Below are positions 58,766 to 64,000 of a stretch of DNA of 64,000 bases, piece after piece. Under the pieces are notes generated by a model. That model was not told the origin of the DNA, made no database searches, and worked only from the letters and a program-made list of their open reading frames with translations. Each line of letters starts with the position of its first letter. Positions within the stretch are counted from its first letter, which is position 1. Both the position numbers and the translations under genes were made by a program. The stretch lies in assembly GCF_009914755.1 (NCBI RefSeq), contig NC_060931.1. The stretch is one strand, 5' to 3'. This stretch comes from the human T2T-CHM13v2.0 reference genome, Homo sapiens.

Positions 58766-60808
58766 CTTCCCATTCACTGATGAATGGGGCCTAATGTAAT
58801 CAACCTGTCACCAGGTAGCTGGCTGATCACCATGAAGAATGGTGCCATGTAAAAGGGTTCAGTGTGGGTTTCTGTTGTTGGCAGACTGGGCACTTAATGG
58901 TGGCCACAGTCATACAAGGCTTAGTGAATGGGAATCCATATTGCTGAACCCATGCATAATCTCATGCCCGCCACCATGGCCATGTTGTTCATGAGCACAT
59001 TGGGACATGACTGTGGTAGCTGAGGAGAAAGGCTGATAGTATCCACAAAAGGGGTCATCCCATCCCCTGCCTTATTAAAATTCTCCTTTGCTGTAGTCAC
59101 CCATGAACATTCACATGAGACACACATATCTTCACTTTCTGCCCATTCAGAGAGGTCTTTCCACATTCCTCTTCTCCAAATATCTTTGTCACCAAATTTC
59201 CAATCATCATCTTCCCTAGTCACTGAATATCCAGCCAAACCACTGGCGACAGCCCAGAATTAATATATAATTTCACATCTGGCCATTATTCGTTCCAATT
59301 GCACAGTTTTGATGCATTGCCCAAAGTTTTCCCCACTGAGATTTCCCTTCACAACTGTCCTTCAGGGATGTCCCAGGCAGGAGGCTGTAGTCCAATAGCT
59401 GCCCACTTTTGGGTGGTCCTGCATATTGTTGAGAACCATCTGTAAACCAGGCCTGAGCTCTTCTTCTGTCAACTGATCATAGAGAACTCGCCATGAAGCC
59501 ATAGGTTCAGCCTGGGAGAGAGAAGCAGTGCAGCAGGAATGGGGAACATGGGCATTTGAGCCACTTCTGCACTAATTTACTTGTGCTTCAAGGTCTGCTC
59601 AGGCCCAGTCAAGTGAATACCACCTCCATCTGATAACAGTATTGCTGTGCATGATCAACTTTATGGCTTAGTGGGTTAAATAACACCCAGTTCATGATGG
59701 GTAGCTCAGGTCACATGGTAACCTGGTGGACCATGGTCAAGCATTCAATATTTCCTAAGGCCCTGTAGAAGCAGCTGTCTCTCCGAAGGAGAGTAATTAC
59801 TGGCAGATGTCAGGGCCTTCCTCCAAAATTCTAAAGGCCTGTGATATGATTCACATATTAGGGCCTGTCAAGGGCTCCAAGCAGCATCCTTATCAGCCAC
59901 TGATATTTCAACCACCATCGGATTTGCTGGATCTTATGGCCTACATGGCACATAAGCTTGTACAACAGCCTAGACCTGTCGTAGATCCATTTCTCTTGTT
60001 CTGGGCCCATCAAACCTAGCAGCTATCAGGTGACTATGTAAATGTGCCAGAGTAACACACCCAAATGAGGAATATGTTGCCTCTAAAATATAAATAAGCC
60101 TCCTAGGCATTGTACCCCTTTTTTGATTGAAGGAGGACCCAGATGCAACAACATACCCTTCACCCTATAAGTGTTATCTCAAGAGGCCTCATACCATTGA
60201 ACCCCTAGAAATTTCACTGAGGCAGAAGGTCCCCAAATTTTAATCAGATTTATTTCTCACTCTCTGACACATAAAATATCTTACCAATAAGTCTAAAGTA
60301 ATTGCTACTTCTCACTCAATATCTCCACTTAGCATAATGTCATCATAATGGACCAGCGTGATATCTTGTGAAAGGAAAAGGTGATCAAGATCTCTGACAA
60401 CCAAATTATGACATAGAGCTGGGGAGTTGATATTCTTCTGAGGCAGGACACTGAGGGTGTATTGCTGGTTTTCTCAGCTGAAAACAAACTGCTTCTGGTG
60501 GGCCTTATGGACAGGGATGGAAAAAAGGTATCTGTCAGATCAACAGCTACAGATCAGGCACCAGGAGATGTTGTAATCTGCCCAAGCAATAAAACCACGT
60601 TTGGTATAACAGCTGCAACTGGAATCACCACTTGGTTAACCTTAAAATAATCCACAGTCATTCTCCAAGATTTATCCATTTTCTGCACAGGCCAAATAGG
60701 AGAGATAAATGCGGATCACCACATCTGCATCTTTTAAGTCCTTGATGATGGCAGTAAACTCTGCAATCCTCCCAAGAATTCAGCATTGCTTTAATTTACT
60801 ATTTTCCT

Positions 60809-61309
60809 GTGATATATATACATAATGAATACTATTTGGCCATAAAAAGAATGAAATCCTGTGATTTTCAACAACATCAATAAAACTGGAGACCATTATG
60901 TTACGTGAAACAAGCCAGTCACAGAAGACAAATATCATATGTTCTCATTCGTATGTGGGAACGAAAAAGTTGTTCTCAAGGAGGTAGAAAGTAGAATGAC
61001 AGTTACCAGAAGGTGGGAAGAGGGTTTGGGGGCGGGCAGTGAAGAGAGTTTCATTAATGGATACAAACATAAAGTTAGACAGAAGGAACAAATTCTAACG
61101 TTCCATGGCAAAGTAGGGTGACTATAGTTAACAACAATGCATTTTATATTTCAAAAAGGACTTCAAGTATTCCCACACATTAAATTAATAAATGCTCGAT
61201 GTGATAGATATTGTAAATGTCCTGACTTGATCATTATGCATTCTATACATTTAACAATATATTACATGTATCCCGTCAATATGTACAAATATTATGCATT
61301 AAAGACTTT
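60809..61309 (+). mobile_element. L1MA-like 3' fragment inserted in the ERVL pol
   Basis: L1 3'UTR motifs; flanking direct repeat ctattttcct (60799-60808, 61310-61319). Confidence 0.85.
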
Positions 61310-63048
61310 CTATTTTCCTAGATAATAGCAGCTCTAATGGCTTTCACTTGGCTTTTCTCACCATAATAGCCCTCACTCCACGGGTCACAAAACTTTGCAG
61401 GGGTTCTCCCGGCTGCTAAATATGTCTGTTCCAATTATGCAACTGGAACTGGGGAAGTAACCACAGGATGGGTTTGGGGACCCATGGAACTACCATGAGA
61501 TGGACCTGAACTAAAACTCTACTGACTACCCGACCTCCACACATCCTTACTCTGACTGGAGGGCCACAGGGACATTTTGAGTCTTGGAATCAATGTCAGT
61601 TCAGAGTCAAGTCCATAAGTCCCTGGAAGATCTGATTATTTCCTTTTCCCCAAGACACAGTTACCCTAGTAAAAGGCCATTAAGTCCCATTAGGGAAGGC
61701 TGGGAGAAAGATTAACAGTGTAAATTTTTGGTTGTTTACTAGGGTCTTTTCACAAGGGGATCCAGTCACCAATTCAAGGTGGTCTGAGTCTGTAAACTGG
61801 TTCAAGCCTAGGAACTGATTGAGGTGACTTGATCTTCTGCTTTTATTTTATGAGTTAGACTTTGTTCATTTGACCTGGAACTTTTCTACCTAAACAAATC
61901 AAGTAGCAATTTAGTAGGTGTCTCATCTATTTCACTTCTAGGAACACCATCATTAACTAGACAATGCCATACGTCTGCATATGTCAGACTATGCTGATGG
62001 CTGCCTTGACTCTGCTGTCCCTTAGGCTTACTATGCCCACCTTGCCTTTGGTGGTTGAGTTTCTCACTTAGTCTCTGCTAAATTACTATTAACTCTGAAT
62101 CCAATTACTTCCGTTGCATTTAGGCTTCCAGTTGATTGACTGTGTTTCCCACTGTAAAGTCTGGCCTACAGAGAAGAGCAATTAACTATTGAGTTCTTCA
62201 AGGATGCTGGGCTCTGCTCCCACATTTATTTTTCATAGCATTGGTGAAAGATATGTCTTCTGAGCCCTACCAATGTGAGTGAGTAGGTCTTAAATCACAA
62301 ATTGACTTCAGCATTCCAATCTCCCTAAACCTTTGAATTCCTTTGTCTACATTAACCAAGAGAGATCAGGCATTTCTAATTCACTTACAGTGAGCCAGCC
62401 ATATTTTGACCCATGTTTCAGCGAATCAATCAAACTGTTAGGCCCCTTCTAACTCCATGAGCTACAATATTAACTGCAGAATGTCTGCTTAGTGAGCCCA
62501 TATCAGTAAATATGGCCTGATCCACCTTTAACATCTAATACCCCATAGCTCTAACATTCATTCACACACATTTTCCTTAGATTTCTACTTGCATAAATTA
62601 GAAAACTTAAGTAGTTATTTTGAAGTATGGCCACCTCCCTCATTGGTCACACTTTGTGCCTCACCTTTAAGGGTCTTCTAGGACTTGAATCCAATTACAG
62701 GTCTAGAAGTAAAGGGAGGTATTAGTGTTGTTTCCTGACGAAAATCAGCATTTTCTTGCATGGCAACTGCTTCGGGGGAAGCCATTACCATGTCCTCAGG
62801 CAATGTAGGATTAATCACCTCAGAGGGAAGTGGAAAGGCAGATACCACCATTGGAAGGGAGGCCCCACTGTAGGTGGAACACCACTGTCATTAGGGCTGA
62901 ACAAGCCACTTTTCACTGTGGTTAGAGAAGCCACTTGTGCTGGCAAAGAAGACTCATCAGAATTTAGGGGCTCAATATTTTCAATTTCATCAGTGGCTTG
63001 CAAAATGTCCCCATCCCACCTTAAAGGATCCCATTCTTTCTCAATTAA

Positions 63049-63370
<322 letters not shown>

Positions 63371-63787
63371 TAAATGCCCTTATTTTAACAGTAGATACCT
63401 TGTGAAGCTGAGAGTTCAATTTGCTTTGTAATTTGGCCAGTCACAGGATGGGATCCTGCAATTGATATTCGGCCCTGCAGCTATAGGAGATAAGACTCTC
63501 CGCTTCAGGGCACACCTGGAACGTCTGAAGCCATTTATGTGATACTTGAGCCGGGAATTCAAATATCTGAGCTAACCCTTTCCTTTTACTATTTTGTCCA
63601 GTGACATTAGGAAAAAATAAGAAATATCATTGAATTCCATAAATTTTCAAAAATGTTCAGAAGTATTATACAGAGTCACCAGGCTCCTTGCTTCTTATAA
63701 GTGATTAACTACAAGTATCCACAGTACATAATTTTCACATCTCAATAAATACTTCCTGCTACAGACTCTCAGTGCTCTCTTTAATAT

Positions 63788-63928
63788 GAGAATCAGAGTA
63801 ATTAGTATCTTTAAATCTGGTAAGACTAGAGAGCCAATTCCAGAAACTCCAGAACCAGATGAGATTCAGAGTGATTAGTATCTTTAAATCTAGTAAGACT
63901 AGAGAGCCAATTCCAGAAACTCCAGAAC
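63788..63928. repeat. 73-bp-period tandem duplication at the ERVL gag start
   Basis: gagaatcagagtaattagtatc...tccagaac is repeated at 63788 and 63861. Confidence 0.92.
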
Positions 63929-64000
63929 TATTTCAGAAAACTTACCCTTAAAATTCTGTTCCTCTAGAACCGCTCTTGTTACCAAAAACAGTATTAGTTG

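Overview
Human (primate) genomic DNA, AT-rich and dominated by transposable elements. It contains the 3' part of the testis gene ZPBP (zona pellucida binding protein/sp38) on the minus strand. Two coding exons are present and both are missed by the ORF track: 48501-48678 and the terminal exon with CDS at 2600-2694 and a poly(A) signal at 2531-2536. A 45.8-kb intron separates them, and the next upstream intron runs off the right end. The introns hold old L1M fragments (mostly antisense to ZPBP), seven Alus, a MaLR LTR-int-LTR element, solo LTRs, a truncated ERV1, an ERVL internal region and nested DNA transposons; an eighth Alu lies downstream of the gene. Most notable: (1) a 6.1-kb insert flanked by one target-site duplication, made of an L1 5' half with an apparently spliced 5'UTR fused to a full-length GNL2 processed pseudogene; (2) a 2.4-kb inverted duplication wrapped around an AT-rich minisatellite (PATRR-like), about 590 bp from a ZPBP exon; (3) fold-back or template-switch scars at several scales, including a 63-bp-arm hairpin and a miniature DUP-INV-DUP. 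I see no evidence of a new protein-coding system. Repeat subfamily names come from recall of consensus sequences, and boundaries of old repeats are approximate.
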